Below, piece by piece: positions 1 through 9,778 of a stretch of 64,000 bases of DNA. The DNA is from Candidatus Omnitrophota bacterium (GTDB lineage: Bacteria; Omnitrophota; Gorgyraeia; Zapsychrales; JANLHA01), in assembly GCA_040753435.1 (NCBI GenBank), contig JBFMEN010000058.1:18817-82816 (forward strand). The letters are read 5' to 3'. Position 1 is the stretch's first letter. Every line of letters starts with the position of its first letter. The position numbers were made by a program, and so were the translations under genes. A model generated the notes under the pieces. That model saw nothing but the letters and a program-made list of their open reading frames with translations. It was not told where the DNA came from and made no database searches.

Positions 1-556
1 CCTGCTCGGTTTTTTGGGAAAAGATTATGATATGCCGGTGGCCGTCTTATCGGCTCTTACGCTGGGGCTGTCCGTTGATTTCTCAATTCATTTTATTGAA
101 AGAGCGATGGCGGTCAATAAGAAGACGGGGGCATGGTCTCAAACTGCCGATGAAATGTTTAAGGGGCCGGGACGGGCAATTGTAAGAAATGCTCTTGTCG
201 TCGCTATCGGATTCCTTCCTTTGCTGGCAGCGCCCTTGGTCCCGTATAAAACTGTCGGTTTTTTTATGTTTATGATTATGGCGGTATCAGGCATCGCGGC
301 GTTATTTATTTTGCCCGCGATAGTGACCGTGTCCCCAAAATTAATTTTTGAAAAAGAAAACAAGGCCGGATGTAAATGTGCGCATTGTTTACTAACCGGT
401 TTTTTTGTTGCGGTCTCCGTGGCATATGTATTGTTCGGGTTTAACGTGAGAAAGTGGACTTTGATGACTTTTATCACGATTGGGGTGATTGTTTTTTCTT
501 CTGTTCTGTGTTATTTTGCTTCAAAATCAGCAAGATGTTTTAGCGAGGAGGAATAA
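1..556 (+). CDS. MMPL/RND-superfamily exporter, C-terminal part (5' truncated by window edge)
   Basis: LGLSVDFSIHFIER (GxxxDxxIH) and GRAIVRNALVVAIGF...YKTVG are typical last MMPL helices; the frame is open back to the window start; extra CKCAHC plus 2 TM tail. Confidence 0.85.
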   Translation, partial: LLGFLGKDYDMPVAVLSALTLGLSVDFSIHFIERAMAVNKKTGAWSQTADEMFKGPGRAIVRNALVVAIGFLPLLAAPLVPYKTVGFFMFMIMAVSGIAALFILPAIVTVSPKLIFEKENKAGCKCAHCLLTGFFVAVSVAYVLFGFNVRKWTLMTFITIGVIVFSSVLCYFASKSARCFSEEE

Positions 557-557
557 G

Positions 558-1352
558 ATGAGAACATTGATCGTTGTTGTATTGGGGATAATGATGGCGG
601 CGGGGCAAGGCCTTGCCCAGGATTTGAGCGTCGATCAGATCGTCGAGAAAGCAAATTTTGCTGCATATTACGGCGGGGATGATGGATTGTCGGATGCGAA
701 CATGACGATCAAGGATGCACAGGGGCGGACACGCAACCGTGTCTTCCGCATTCTGCGTTATGATGTTGAGGATGGTGGGGAGCAGAGGTTTTATGTTTAT
801 TTTTATAAACCCACAGATGTATCACGTATGGTTTATATGGTTTGGAAGCACATCGGGCGTGACGATGATCGATGGCTTTATTTGCCAGCCATGGATTTGG
901 TGAGGAGAATCGCCTCCAGCGACAAGCGTTCAAGTTTTGTTGGGTCCCATTTTGTTTATGAGGACGTTTCCGGCCGGGGAACCCAGGCGGATACTCATAA
1001 GTTAATTGAGACAACTGATGAATATTATAAAGTCAGGAACATTCCGAAGGACACTAAAGGGGTTGAGTTCGCCTATTATGATGTGTGGATAAGAAAAGAT
1101 AATTTTCTTCCCTACAAGTCCGAGTATTATGACAGTCTGGATAAAATGTACCGCTCAATTGAAGCGATGGAAATTAAAGACATTGAAGGAATTCCTACGG
1201 TCGTAAAATCAGTGGCAAAGGATGCTACCAGGGGCGGTGAAACCACCATGGAATTCTCAAACATTGATTATAATGTTGGTTTTGATGCGAGTCTTTTCGA
1301 AGAAAGGTATTTGCGGCGGCCTGCGATGCAATGGCTGAAGGAGGCGCAGTGA
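558..1352 (+). CDS. LolA-like outer-membrane lipoprotein-sorting protein
   Basis: ATG 558 after GAGGAGG; signal peptide; DDDRWLYLPA..VRRI...SFVGSHFVYED motif typical of LolA-like proteins encoded beside MMPL genes. Confidence 0.85.
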   Translation: MRTLIVVVLGIMMAAGQGLAQDLSVDQIVEKANFAAYYGGDDGLSDANMTIKDAQGRTRNRVFRILRYDVEDGGEQRFYVYFYKPTDVSRMVYMVWKHIGRDDDRWLYLPAMDLVRRIASSDKRSSFVGSHFVYEDVSGRGTQADTHKLIETTDEYYKVRNIPKDTKGVEFAYYDVWIRKDNFLPYKSEYYDSLDKMYRSIEAMEIKDIEGIPTVVKSVAKDATRGGETTMEFSNIDYNVGFDASLFEERYLRRPAMQWLKEAQ

Positions 1353-2620
1353 GATCTTTGTTAATCGGAATCATGGTTGTTTTGATAAACGCTGTTTCTT
1401 ATGCGGCGATCCCTGATATTAACGGTTTTGTTGAGACTGCGGGAGGAATTCGTTTGAGCGGGAATGATCATGGCGTCCGTCATCAGGATTATACCTTGTT
1501 CGAAACACGACTGCAGTTGAAAAAACGGCATTTTTTTGACCAGGGATATCTGGGTGAACACGGCGGCATGATGGACGTGAAGCTTGAGGGCCTGCTTGAC
1601 GGATATTTTGGATGGAAGACAAATGTGACGGCGCGTGAGCTCAATTTCGGGATCAGTCCCATACCCCAGATGGATCTGAAACTGGGACGGCAGGTGCTGA
1701 CTTGGGGAACAGGAGATTATTTGTTCGTTAACGATATGTTTCCAAAGGATTACATTTCCTTTTTTGCCGGCCGTGATGATGAATACTTGAAAAAGCCTTC
1801 AGATGCAGTTCGCTCTCTGTTTTATTTTGACGCGGTGAATGTCGATCTGGTTTTTATTCCTTTTGCCGAACAGAATACGACGCCTGAAGGCGACAGGTTA
1901 TCTTTTTATGATTCGTTTCAGGGAGGTCTGGCAGGGGAAGACTCCGACCGCCATCTCATTGAACCGCCCCATCAATTATCAAACAGCGAGGTGGCATTAC
2001 GTCTTTTCCGTTCTTTAGGAAGTTATGAGACGGCAGCTTATTTTTTTCATGGGTTTTGGAAAAATCCTAATAGTTACAAGGATGAAATTAATCGGCAGCT
2101 TTTTTATCCCAGGGTGAATGTTTATGGCGCCAGTATTCGCGGTCCCTGGATGGGGGGGATCGCCAATGCGGAAGCTGGTTATTACCATTCCCAGGAAGAC
2201 AGCGACGGGAATAACCGCCTTATTGCCAATTCCATGGCGAAAATTATGACAGGCTATTCAAAAGATCTGGGTTCGGATCTGCAGGTCGGAGTTCAGTATT
2301 TAGTGGAGAGGACACTGGACTATGATGCCTATGCGAGCAGCTTGCTGTCCCAGGACTTGAGTTTTGACGAGTATCGTCACTTGATCACCCAGAGAGTGAC
2401 AAAACTATTCAGAAATCAAACCGTTGAATGTTCATTGTTTAACTTTTATTCTCCGTCAGATCAGGACGGGTATTTAAGGGCGTCTATTTCTTATGACTGG
2501 GCCGATCAATGGAATGTAACGACGGGTATTAATATTCCGTGGGGCGACGATGAATACACAGAATTTGGGCAGATGCAGGATAATAAAAACGCTTACGTGC
2601 GGGTGAGGTATAGTTTTTAA
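1349..2620 (+). CDS. putative outer-membrane beta-barrel (DUF1302-like)
   Basis: GTGA overlap with upstream stop; signal peptide; LKLGRQVLTWG motif; C-terminal YVRVRYSF beta-signal. Confidence 0.7.
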   Translation: MRSLLIGIMVVLINAVSYAAIPDINGFVETAGGIRLSGNDHGVRHQDYTLFETRLQLKKRHFFDQGYLGEHGGMMDVKLEGLLDGYFGWKTNVTARELNFGISPIPQMDLKLGRQVLTWGTGDYLFVNDMFPKDYISFFAGRDDEYLKKPSDAVRSLFYFDAVNVDLVFIPFAEQNTTPEGDRLSFYDSFQGGLAGEDSDRHLIEPPHQLSNSEVALRLFRSLGSYETAAYFFHGFWKNPNSYKDEINRQLFYPRVNVYGASIRGPWMGGIANAEAGYYHSQEDSDGNNRLIANSMAKIMTGYSKDLGSDLQVGVQYLVERTLDYDAYASSLLSQDLSFDEYRHLITQRVTKLFRNQTVECSLFNFYSPSDQDGYLRASISYDWADQWNVTTGINIPWGDDEYTEFGQMQDNKNAYVRVRYSF

Positions 2621-2634
2621 TTAAAAATTAAATT

Positions 2635-2697
2635 GGAAGAGGGGGATGGAAAAATTTTATTGATTTTCGGCTTTCCATCGTCCATAATCTATCTTCC
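2635..2697. repeat. heptamer-repeat inverted hairpin (unit ~TCCATCG/CGATGGA)
   Basis: left arm GGAAGAGGGGGATGGA; right arm TCCATCG-TCCATAA-TCTATCT-TCC. Confidence 0.5.
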
Positions 2698-2716
2698 TTT
2701 GTAAAGGATAACAATT

Positions 2717-2896
2717 ATGGAGAGGATGTTAAGAGGAATCGCAGGCTTTTTTATTTTGGCTTCCGTGGTCTTAGCCGTAACGATCCATCCGGCCTGGTTA
2801 TGGTTTACCGGTTTTGTGGGTTTAAACCTTTTGCAGTCATCAATTACCAACTGGTGTCCTATGATGTGGTTTTTAAGGCGGATTGGTGTCAAGTGA
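2717..2896 (+). CDS. DUF2892/YgaP-like small membrane protein (59 aa, not in ORF track)
   Basis: Hand-translated MERMLRGIAGFFILASVVLAVTIHPAWLWFTGFVGLNLLQSSITNWCPMMWFLRRIGVK; FVGxNLxQS..T.WCP signature; AAGGA RBS. Confidence 0.85.
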   Translation: MERMLRGIAGFFILASVVLAVTIHPAWLWFTGFVGLNLLQSSITNWCPMMWFLRRIGVK

Positions 2897-2999
2897 TGGA
2901 ATCAAAAAGAGCCTCTTTTTAAATAGATTCTTTCAGAAATTTTCAGCTTTTTCAGGTCGCTCTGATATCTCGCCGTTGTTTTCGATCTCCTTAATTTTA

Positions 3000-3053
3000 A
3001 CACTACATGTAAGTATAATTACGTATTGACACACTATATATAGTGTGTATGAT
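3000..3053 (+). promoter_or_regulatory. sigma70 promoter of nrdDG with tandem NrdR boxes
   Basis: ACACTATATATAGTGT (3031-3046) matches the NrdR consensus; weaker ACACTACATGTAAGTA lies 31 bp upstream (3000-3015); TTGACA 3026-3031 and TATGAT 3048-3053. Confidence 0.85.
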
Positions 3054-3107
3054 GTTATTTGTTCTTGCTCATATTTTTTTCCATTTTTTTATTAAAAGGA
3101 GGTTCCG

Positions 3108-5216
3108 GTGGGGCCGACAACAACTATCACGAAGATCATCAAGAGAGATGGCTCAATCGAGGATTTTGAACCGCAAAAGATTATTAGCGCGATTCAAAAG
3201 GCAGGAGAGGCGACTGGAGAATTTGGGGAAGTTGTTGCGCGAAATTTAACGATGCGGGTCGTTAACATTGCCCATCAAATGATGGCCAACCGGGCCCCGG
3301 CAGTTGAGGAAATTCAGGACATCGTTGAAGAAGTCCTTTTAACTTCTCCTTATAAAAAGACAGCTAAAGCTTACATTATTTACCGCGATCAGCATGCCAA
3401 GATCCGGGAAATTACTTCAGCAAGTCAAGTGGGCATGGTCGACCAGTACCTGGAACGACTGGATTGGAAGGTCAATGAAAATAGTAATATGTCATATTCT
3501 CTTCAGGGGCTGAATAATTATATTTCGACAGAGGTCACCAAAATTTATTGGCTTAATAAAATATATCCGCCTGAGATCCGTGACGGTCATCAGAACGGCG
3601 ATTTTCATATTCATGATCTGGGGCTTTTAAGCGTTTATTGCGTTGGATGGGATTTGCAGGACCTCTTAATGCAGGGTTTTCATGGCGCCTCAGGCAAGAT
3701 GGAATCTTCTCCGGCCAAACATTTTCGTACGGCCCTCGGGCAGATTGTCAATTTCTTCTATACATTGCAAGGCGAGGCAGCAGGCGCTCAGGCCTTTTCG
3801 AATTTCGATACTCTTTTGGCCCCGTTTATCCGATATGATAATCTTGCATACAAGGAAGTTAAGCAGGCCCTCCAGGAATTTATTTTTAACGTCAACGTTC
3901 CTACCAGGGTTGGGTTTCAGACGCCGTTTACCAATCTAACGCTTGATTTAACTGTTCCTTCTCACTTGGCCGACCAACCCGCTGTTTATTGCGGCAAACT
4001 GCAGAAGGAAACTTACCGGGAATTTCAGGCGGAAATGGATGTGTTGAACAAGGCGTTTCTGGAAGTGATGCTTGAGGGAGATGCTAAAGGAAGGGTCTTT
4101 ACGTTCCCGATTCCCACGTACAATATCACAAAGGATTTTGATTGGGATAATCCCAATATCGAATTGTTGTGGAAGATCACGGCAAAGTATGGAATTCCTT
4201 ATTTTGCCAATTTTGTCAATTCCGATATGAGCCCGGATGACGCCCGCAGCATGTGTTGCCGTCTTCGTCTTGATAACAGAGAGTTGCGCAAACGGGGCGG
4301 GGGGTTGTTTGGCGCTTCGCCTCAAACTGGTTCTGCCGGCGTTGTGACTATTAATCTTCCTCGATTGGGGTACACTTCAAATAATGCCGAGGAATTCTAT
4401 ATCCGGCTGGAGCAGCTGATGCTGCTGGCCAAGGAGAGCCTTGAGATCAAACGTAAGGTTCTGGAGGATTTCACCGACTCAGGATTGTATCCGTATTCCC
4501 GATATTATTTGCGTAATGTGAAGAGCCGGTTGGGGCAATATTGGAAAAACCACTTTTCAACAATAGGTCTCGTTGGCATGAATGAAGCCTGCATGAATCT
4601 TTTTGGGGAAGGAATTTCTTTGGAAAGGGGAAAGAAGTTTTCAGGAGAAGTTTTAGATTTCATGCGCAATAAACTGGTTCAATTCCAGGAAGAAACCGGG
4701 AATAACTATAATCTGGAAGCGACTCCGGCGGAAGGTGTTTCTTACCGAATGGCTCGTCGGGATAAAGAGGAATTTCCAGATATTATTTGCGCAAATGAAA
4801 ATGAATATAAAACAGGAAAAGACCCGTTTTATACCAATTCCACGCATTTACCTGTAAATTATTCTGACGATATCTTTGAAGTTCTGGATATTCAAGATGA
4901 TTTGCAGACAAAGTATACGGGAGGAACCGTTCTTCATATTTTTGTTGGAGAACGCATTAAAGATACTGAGGCACTGAAACAGTTCATCAAAACCGTTTGC
5001 ACCACATATCGTCTCCCGTATTTTACGATCAGCCCGACATTCAGTGTGTGTCCCAGTTGCGGGTATATTGCCGGGGAATATACTTTATGTCCAAAATGCG
5101 GGGATGAGTGTGAAGTTTATTCAAGGGTTGTCGGATATCTGAGACCGGTGAAGCAGTGGAATAATGGTAAGAAAGCTGAGTTCGATACACGGAAGACATA
5201 TAAGTTATGCGTATAG
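3108..5216 (+). CDS. nrdD: anaerobic (class III) ribonucleoside-triphosphate reductase
   Basis: N-terminal ATP cone (IIKRDG), SMCCRL, C-terminal CxxC..CxxC, YSRVVGYLRPV glycyl-radical motif; GTG start after AGGAGG. Confidence 0.95.
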   Translation: MGPTTTITKIIKRDGSIEDFEPQKIISAIQKAGEATGEFGEVVARNLTMRVVNIAHQMMANRAPAVEEIQDIVEEVLLTSPYKKTAKAYIIYRDQHAKIREITSASQVGMVDQYLERLDWKVNENSNMSYSLQGLNNYISTEVTKIYWLNKIYPPEIRDGHQNGDFHIHDLGLLSVYCVGWDLQDLLMQGFHGASGKMESSPAKHFRTALGQIVNFFYTLQGEAAGAQAFSNFDTLLAPFIRYDNLAYKEVKQALQEFIFNVNVPTRVGFQTPFTNLTLDLTVPSHLADQPAVYCGKLQKETYREFQAEMDVLNKAFLEVMLEGDAKGRVFTFPIPTYNITKDFDWDNPNIELLWKITAKYGIPYFANFVNSDMSPDDARSMCCRLRLDNRELRKRGGGLFGASPQTGSAGVVTINLPRLGYTSNNAEEFYIRLEQLMLLAKESLEIKRKVLEDFTDSGLYPYSRYYLRNVKSRLGQYWKNHFSTIGLVGMNEACMNLFGEGISLERGKKFSGEVLDFMRNKLVQFQEETGNNYNLEATPAEGVSYRMARRDKEEFPDIICANENEYKTGKDPFYTNSTHLPVNYSDDIFEVLDIQDDLQTKYTGGTVLHIFVGERIKDTEALKQFIKTVCTTYRLPYFTISPTFSVCPSCGYIAGEYTLCPKCGDECEVYSRVVGYLRPVKQWNNGKKAEFDTRKTYKLCV

Positions 5217-5899
5217 GCGGTTTTCAAAAAATTTCGCTCATTGATTATCCCGGCAAAATTTCGGCAGTGGTTTTTACCCAAGGCTGTAATTTTCGCTGCC
5301 CTTTTTGCCATAATGCCCATCTGGTTTTGCCTTCACTTTTCCGGGAGTCACTGTCTGAGGAGGAAATCATCGGTTTCCTGGCTTCAAGGACGGGGAGACT
5401 TCAGGGTGTTGTAATTACCGGCGGAGAACCCACTCTCCAGAATGATTTAAAAGATTTTATTAAAAAAATCAAGGTCATGGGTTATGCAGTGAAGCTTGAT
5501 ACCAATGGAAGCAGGCCGTTCATTCTTGAAGAACTGATCCGGCAAAAGCTCGTTGATTTTGTAGCCATGGATGTCAAAGCCCCCATTGAACGGTATAGGG
5601 AAGTCTCTGGCGTTAATGTTAATCCGGATTTTATTAAAAAGAGCATTGAATTGCTCATTAATTCCGGATTGCAGTACCAATTCCGGACTACCTTTACCAA
5701 ACCGCTTTTAAATGAAGTCGATCTTTCGGGTATCATGTCTCTAATCGGGCAAGGTGCCAAAAATTTTTGTCTCCAGCCTTTTGTTCCCCAGGAGAGCATT
5801 CTTGACGATACGCTGCTGGACAAAGCACAGTATCAGGATGAAGAATTCAACCTGTTGCGGAAATGCTGTGAGGAGACGATTGAGGCCTTGGCAGGGTAA
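5207..5899 (+). CDS. nrdG: anaerobic RNR activating radical-SAM protein
   Basis: SLIDYPG, GCNFRCPFCHN, GGEP; overlaps end of nrdD. Confidence 0.92.
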   Translation: MRIGGFQKISLIDYPGKISAVVFTQGCNFRCPFCHNAHLVLPSLFRESLSEEEIIGFLASRTGRLQGVVITGGEPTLQNDLKDFIKKIKVMGYAVKLDTNGSRPFILEELIRQKLVDFVAMDVKAPIERYREVSGVNVNPDFIKKSIELLINSGLQYQFRTTFTKPLLNEVDLSGIMSLIGQGAKNFCLQPFVPQESILDDTLLDKAQYQDEEFNLLRKCCEETIEALAG

Positions 5900-5956
5900 A
5901 CGAATTCCTTCCGGTTTCTTTTCCAAAAATTAATTTAACTGTTTTTGAGCGGCTTA

Positions 5957-6001
5957 GTGTTTAACAAACACGCTTTATTTTTTAATAAGCAGTGGTATAA
6001 T
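5957..6001 (+). promoter_or_regulatory. putative PFOR promoter (extended -10) with upstream inverted repeat
   Basis: TGGTATAAT 5993-6001; GTGTTT-AAC-AAACAC 5957-5971. Confidence 0.45.
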
Positions 6002-6097
6002 AACCTAATTTCTTTTTCCCTAAATATTATCAAAGCCGTTTTTTACGGCATTAGATATGTCCGGTGTAACCTTTTTAAAACAATCGAGAGGAATGTT

Positions 6098-9000
6098 ATG
6101 AATAGGCAAAAAGTTACTATTGACGGAAATGAGGCAGCGGCTTACGTTGCTCATCGAGTTTCAGAAGTTGTCGCGATTTATCCGATCACGCCTTCTTCAC
6201 CTATGGGTGAATGGGCGGATGCGTGGACTGCCATGGGGCAGGCAAATATCTGGGGAACCGTTCCTCTTGTACAGGAAATGCAGAGTGAGGGGGGAGCTGC
6301 AGGTGCTGTTCATGGAGCTCTGCAGACCGGTTCCCTTACAACGACCTTCACAGCATCCCAAGGGTTATTGCTGATGATTCCAAATATGTTTAAGATCGCC
6401 GGTGAACTTACTCCGACTGTCTTTCACGTTACGGCCCGTTCGATAGCCTGTCAGGCGTTATCGATTTTTGGCGACCATTCTGATGTAATGGCCACCCGTT
6501 CGACAGGTTTTGCCATGATCGCGTCAAACTCCATCCAGGAAGTCATGGACATGGCGATGATTTCACATGCCGCAACACTGGAAGCCAAGGTTCCATTTCT
6601 CCATTTTTTTGATGGATTTCGTACATCCCATGAGGTCGCAAAGATAGAACAGCTGACTGGTGATGACATCCGCGCAATGATCGACGACAAATATGTCTTT
6701 GAGCACAGGATGCGCGCGCTTTCGCCGGATCACCCGGTTTTAAGAGGGACAGCGCAGAACCCGGACGTTTATTTCCAGGGCCGTGAAACGGTGAATCCTT
6801 ATTACAATAAATGCGCTGCGATTGTTCAAAAGACCATGGATAAGTTTGCCGGATTGACAGGGCGTCAGTATAAATTGTTTGATTATGTCGGGGCTCCCGA
6901 TGCCGAACGGGTGATTGTGCTGATTGGTTCGGGTGCAGAAGCCGTTGAAGAAAGCGTTGATTATTTGACCAAAAAGGGTGAAAAGATTGGCGTGGTCAAA
7001 GTTCGTTTATACAGACCTTTCTCCGGCGAAGCCTGCGTCGCCGCTTTTCCAAAAACGGTTAAGAAGATCGCCGTCCTCGACAGGACTAAAGAGCCGGGAG
7101 CAGGCGGGGAGCCGCTGTATCTCGACGTGGTAAACGCATTTGCAGAATTCGGGGATGGACGGTCGCCAAAAATTGTCGGCGGACGATACGGACTTTCTTC
7201 CAAAGAGTTTAATTCAGGGATGATCAAAGGGCTGTTTGACGAGCTGGCAAAGAGCGAGCCAAAGAACCATTTTACTGTTGGTATTAACGATGATGTCACT
7301 CACACCAGCATCGCCTACGATTCATCATTTTCTATTGAAGACCCGCAAGGTGTCCAGGCTGTATTTTATGGGTTAGGTTCGGATGGAACGGTTGGTGCGA
7401 ATAAAAATTCCATTAAAATTATTGGTGAAGAAACGAATAATTACGCCCAGGGCTATTTTGTTTATGATTCCAAAAAGGCCGGTTCCGTCACTGTTTCCCA
7501 TTTGCGGTTCGGTCCGAACCCCATTAAGGCGACGTATCTGGTTTCAGAAGCGAGTTTTGTGGGATGCCATCAGTTTTCTTTTCTTGAGAAATATGACGTG
7601 CTCGATCAGCTTAAAACAGGCGGGGTGTTCTTACTGAACAGTCAGTTTGATTCTGAAGCAGTTTGGGACCATCTTCCCAAAAACATCCAGGAGAAGATCA
7701 TTGAGAAAAAGGCGAACTTTTATGTTATTGACGCTTACCAGGTAGCCAGGGATACGGGAATGGGAGTGCGCATCAATACCATTATGCAGACTTGTTTCTT
7801 TGCTATTTCCGGCGTTTTACCCAAAGATGAAGCCATCGCCGCCATCAAGAGCGCAATCAAGAAAACTTATGGGAAAAAAGGCGAGGAGATCGTTCAGAAG
7901 AATTATAAGGCGGTCGATGAATCCCTGGCGCATCTTCATAAGGTCAAGGTTCCCGGGAAGGCAACCAGTACGATCGAAAGACCTCCGATCGTGTCAAATC
8001 AGGCGCCGCAGTTCGTCAAGGACGTGACCGCCATGATCATGGCCGGTAAAGGCGACAGTATATCCGTTTCCCAAATGCCTTGTGACGGCTCTTTTCCCAC
8101 GGGAACAACAAAATGGGAAAAGCGTAACATTGCCTTGGAAATTCCTGTTTGGGACCCTGAAACATGCATTCAGTGCGGTAAGTGTATTTCCGTCTGTCCG
8201 CATGCCACTATCCGCATGAAGGCCTATGATCCGAAACATTTGGAGCATGCTCCAAAGACATTTAAATCTGCTGATTCAAAAAATAAAGATTGGCCGGGAA
8301 TGAAGTTCACCATCCAGGTCGCGCCTGAAGATTGTACCGGCTGCGGCATTTGCGGTCAGGCTTGCCCCGCCAAAAACAAACAGGAGCCCAGTAAGAAAGC
8401 TATCAACATGGCTCCGCAGCCTCCTCTTCGTGAACAGGAAAGAGCGAACTGGGAATATTATCAATCAATTCCCGAAATGGACCGCACCATGGTTAAGAAA
8501 AACGCGACCAGGACGGTTCAGGCTCTCCAGCCGTTGTTTGAATTTTCCGGATGCTGCGCCGGGTGCGGGGAAACTCCTTACATCAAACTGGTGACGCAGC
8601 TTTTCGGTGATCGAATGGTCGTGGCTAATGCCACGGGTTGCTCGTCCATTTATGGCGGAAATCTTCCAACCACTCCTTACACAGTCAATTCCGAAGGACG
8701 TGGACCGGCCTGGTCCAATTCCTTATTTGAGGATAACGCGGAATTCGGGTTAGGCTTCCGTCTGACTATTGATAAGCAGGCTGAGTTCGCCCGCGAATTG
8801 GTGAAGAAACTTGCGTCGAAGATCGGCGATCAGCTGGCGGCAGCGATACTTGAATCCAATCAGTCCGAGGAAGAAGGAATATTCGCCCAGCGCCAGCGCG
8901 TTGAGGAACTGAAAAAGAAACTGGTTAATGATAAATCCATCGAAGCCCAGCATTTATTAAGCGTTGCCGACATGCTGGTCAAGAAAAGCGTATGGATTTT

Positions 9001-9652
9001 CGGAGGCGACGGTTGGGCATATGATATTGGTTATGGCGGCCTTGACCACGTTCTGGCTTCAGATCGAAATGTCAATGTCATGGTGTTGGATACGGAAGTT
9101 TATTCCAATACGGGAGGACAGGCATCGAAATCGACTCCAAGGGCGGCGGTTGCAAAATTTGCAGCGAGCGGAAAACCTCTGGCCAAGAAGGACCTTGCCC
9201 GTATGGCCATGACCTATGGTTCAGTTTATGTGGCGATGATTGCCTTTGGGGCCAACGACAACCAGGCGGTGAAGGCCTTGCTGGAAGCGGAAGCTTATGA
9301 CGGTCCGTCGTTGATCCTTGCCTACAGCCATTGTATCGCTCACGGCATTAATATGATCGCCGGCCTTGATAACCAGAAAGCCGCCGTCGATTGTGGACAC
9401 TGGCCGTTGTTCCGTTTTAATCCGGCTTTATTGGCTGAAGGCAAGAATCCATTGACGCTGGATTCCACTGCTCCAAAATCATCGTTTGAGGATTTCGCTT
9501 ACAAGCAGAATCGTTTTAACATGCTGACAAAGAGCCAGCCTGAAATGGCAAAAGAGTTGTTACGGATGGCTCAGCATGACGTCGAAACGAAATGGCGCAG
9601 CTATGCCGCGTTAAAAGATCAGTATGATGTTATGTTAGGTCTGAATAAGTAA
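6098..9652 (+). CDS. nifJ: pyruvate:ferredoxin (flavodoxin) oxidoreductase, single-chain type
   Basis: DGNEAAA, YPITPS, two CxxCxxCxxxCP motifs, GCCAGCGE, GGDGWAYDIG TPP motif; ATG 6098 after GAGAGGA. Confidence 0.95.
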   Translation: MNRQKVTIDGNEAAAYVAHRVSEVVAIYPITPSSPMGEWADAWTAMGQANIWGTVPLVQEMQSEGGAAGAVHGALQTGSLTTTFTASQGLLLMIPNMFKIAGELTPTVFHVTARSIACQALSIFGDHSDVMATRSTGFAMIASNSIQEVMDMAMISHAATLEAKVPFLHFFDGFRTSHEVAKIEQLTGDDIRAMIDDKYVFEHRMRALSPDHPVLRGTAQNPDVYFQGRETVNPYYNKCAAIVQKTMDKFAGLTGRQYKLFDYVGAPDAERVIVLIGSGAEAVEESVDYLTKKGEKIGVVKVRLYRPFSGEACVAAFPKTVKKIAVLDRTKEPGAGGEPLYLDVVNAFAEFGDGRSPKIVGGRYGLSSKEFNSGMIKGLFDELAKSEPKNHFTVGINDDVTHTSIAYDSSFSIEDPQGVQAVFYGLGSDGTVGANKNSIKIIGEETNNYAQGYFVYDSKKAGSVTVSHLRFGPNPIKATYLVSEASFVGCHQFSFLEKYDVLDQLKTGGVFLLNSQFDSEAVWDHLPKNIQEKIIEKKANFYVIDAYQVARDTGMGVRINTIMQTCFFAISGVLPKDEAIAAIKSAIKKTYGKKGEEIVQKNYKAVDESLAHLHKVKVPGKATSTIERPPIVSNQAPQFVKDVTAMIMAGKGDSISVSQMPCDGSFPTGTTKWEKRNIALEIPVWDPETCIQCGKCISVCPHATIRMKAYDPKHLEHAPKTFKSADSKNKDWPGMKFTIQVAPEDCTGCGICGQACPAKNKQEPSKKAINMAPQPPLREQERANWEYYQSIPEMDRTMVKKNATRTVQALQPLFEFSGCCAGCGETPYIKLVTQLFGDRMVVANATGCSSIYGGNLPTTPYTVNSEGRGPAWSNSLFEDNAEFGLGFRLTIDKQAEFARELVKKLASKIGDQLAAAILESNQSEEEGIFAQRQRVEELKKKLVNDKSIEAQHLLSVADMLVKKSVWIFGGDGWAYDIGYGGLDHVLASDRNVNVMVLDTEVYSNTGGQASKSTPRAAVAKFAASGKPLAKKDLARMAMTYGSVYVAMIAFGANDNQAVKALLEAEAYDGPSLILAYSHCIAHGINMIAGLDNQKAAVDCGHWPLFRFNPALLAEGKNPLTLDSTAPKSSFEDFAYKQNRFNMLTKSQPEMAKELLRMAQHDVETKWRSYAALKDQYDVMLGLNK

Positions 9653-9658
9653 TTAAGA

Positions 9659-9752
9659 GCGAAAAGGGAAGGGCGGAAAGTGAATGGTAAAATATAAGGC
9701 GCAGGGGATAAGGCATTCTTTATTCCTTTTCGCCCTTCACTTTTCATTCTTT
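9659..9752. repeat. heptamer-repeat inverted hairpin (unit ~GYGAARR)
   Basis: GCGAAAA-GGGAAGG-GCGGAAA-GTGAATG-GTAAAAT ... TTTTCGC-CCTTCAC-TTTTCAT. Confidence 0.7.
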
Positions 9753-9778
9753 TTTATAATTGCGAAAGGGGGCGCGGT

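Noticed and set aside
2689-2892. 67-aa minus-strand ORF
   Set aside because: Antisense shadow of the DUF2892 gene.
5945-6097. N-terminal extension of PFOR from the TTG start
   Set aside because: Covers the promoter region; family similarity and the RBS start at ATG 6098.
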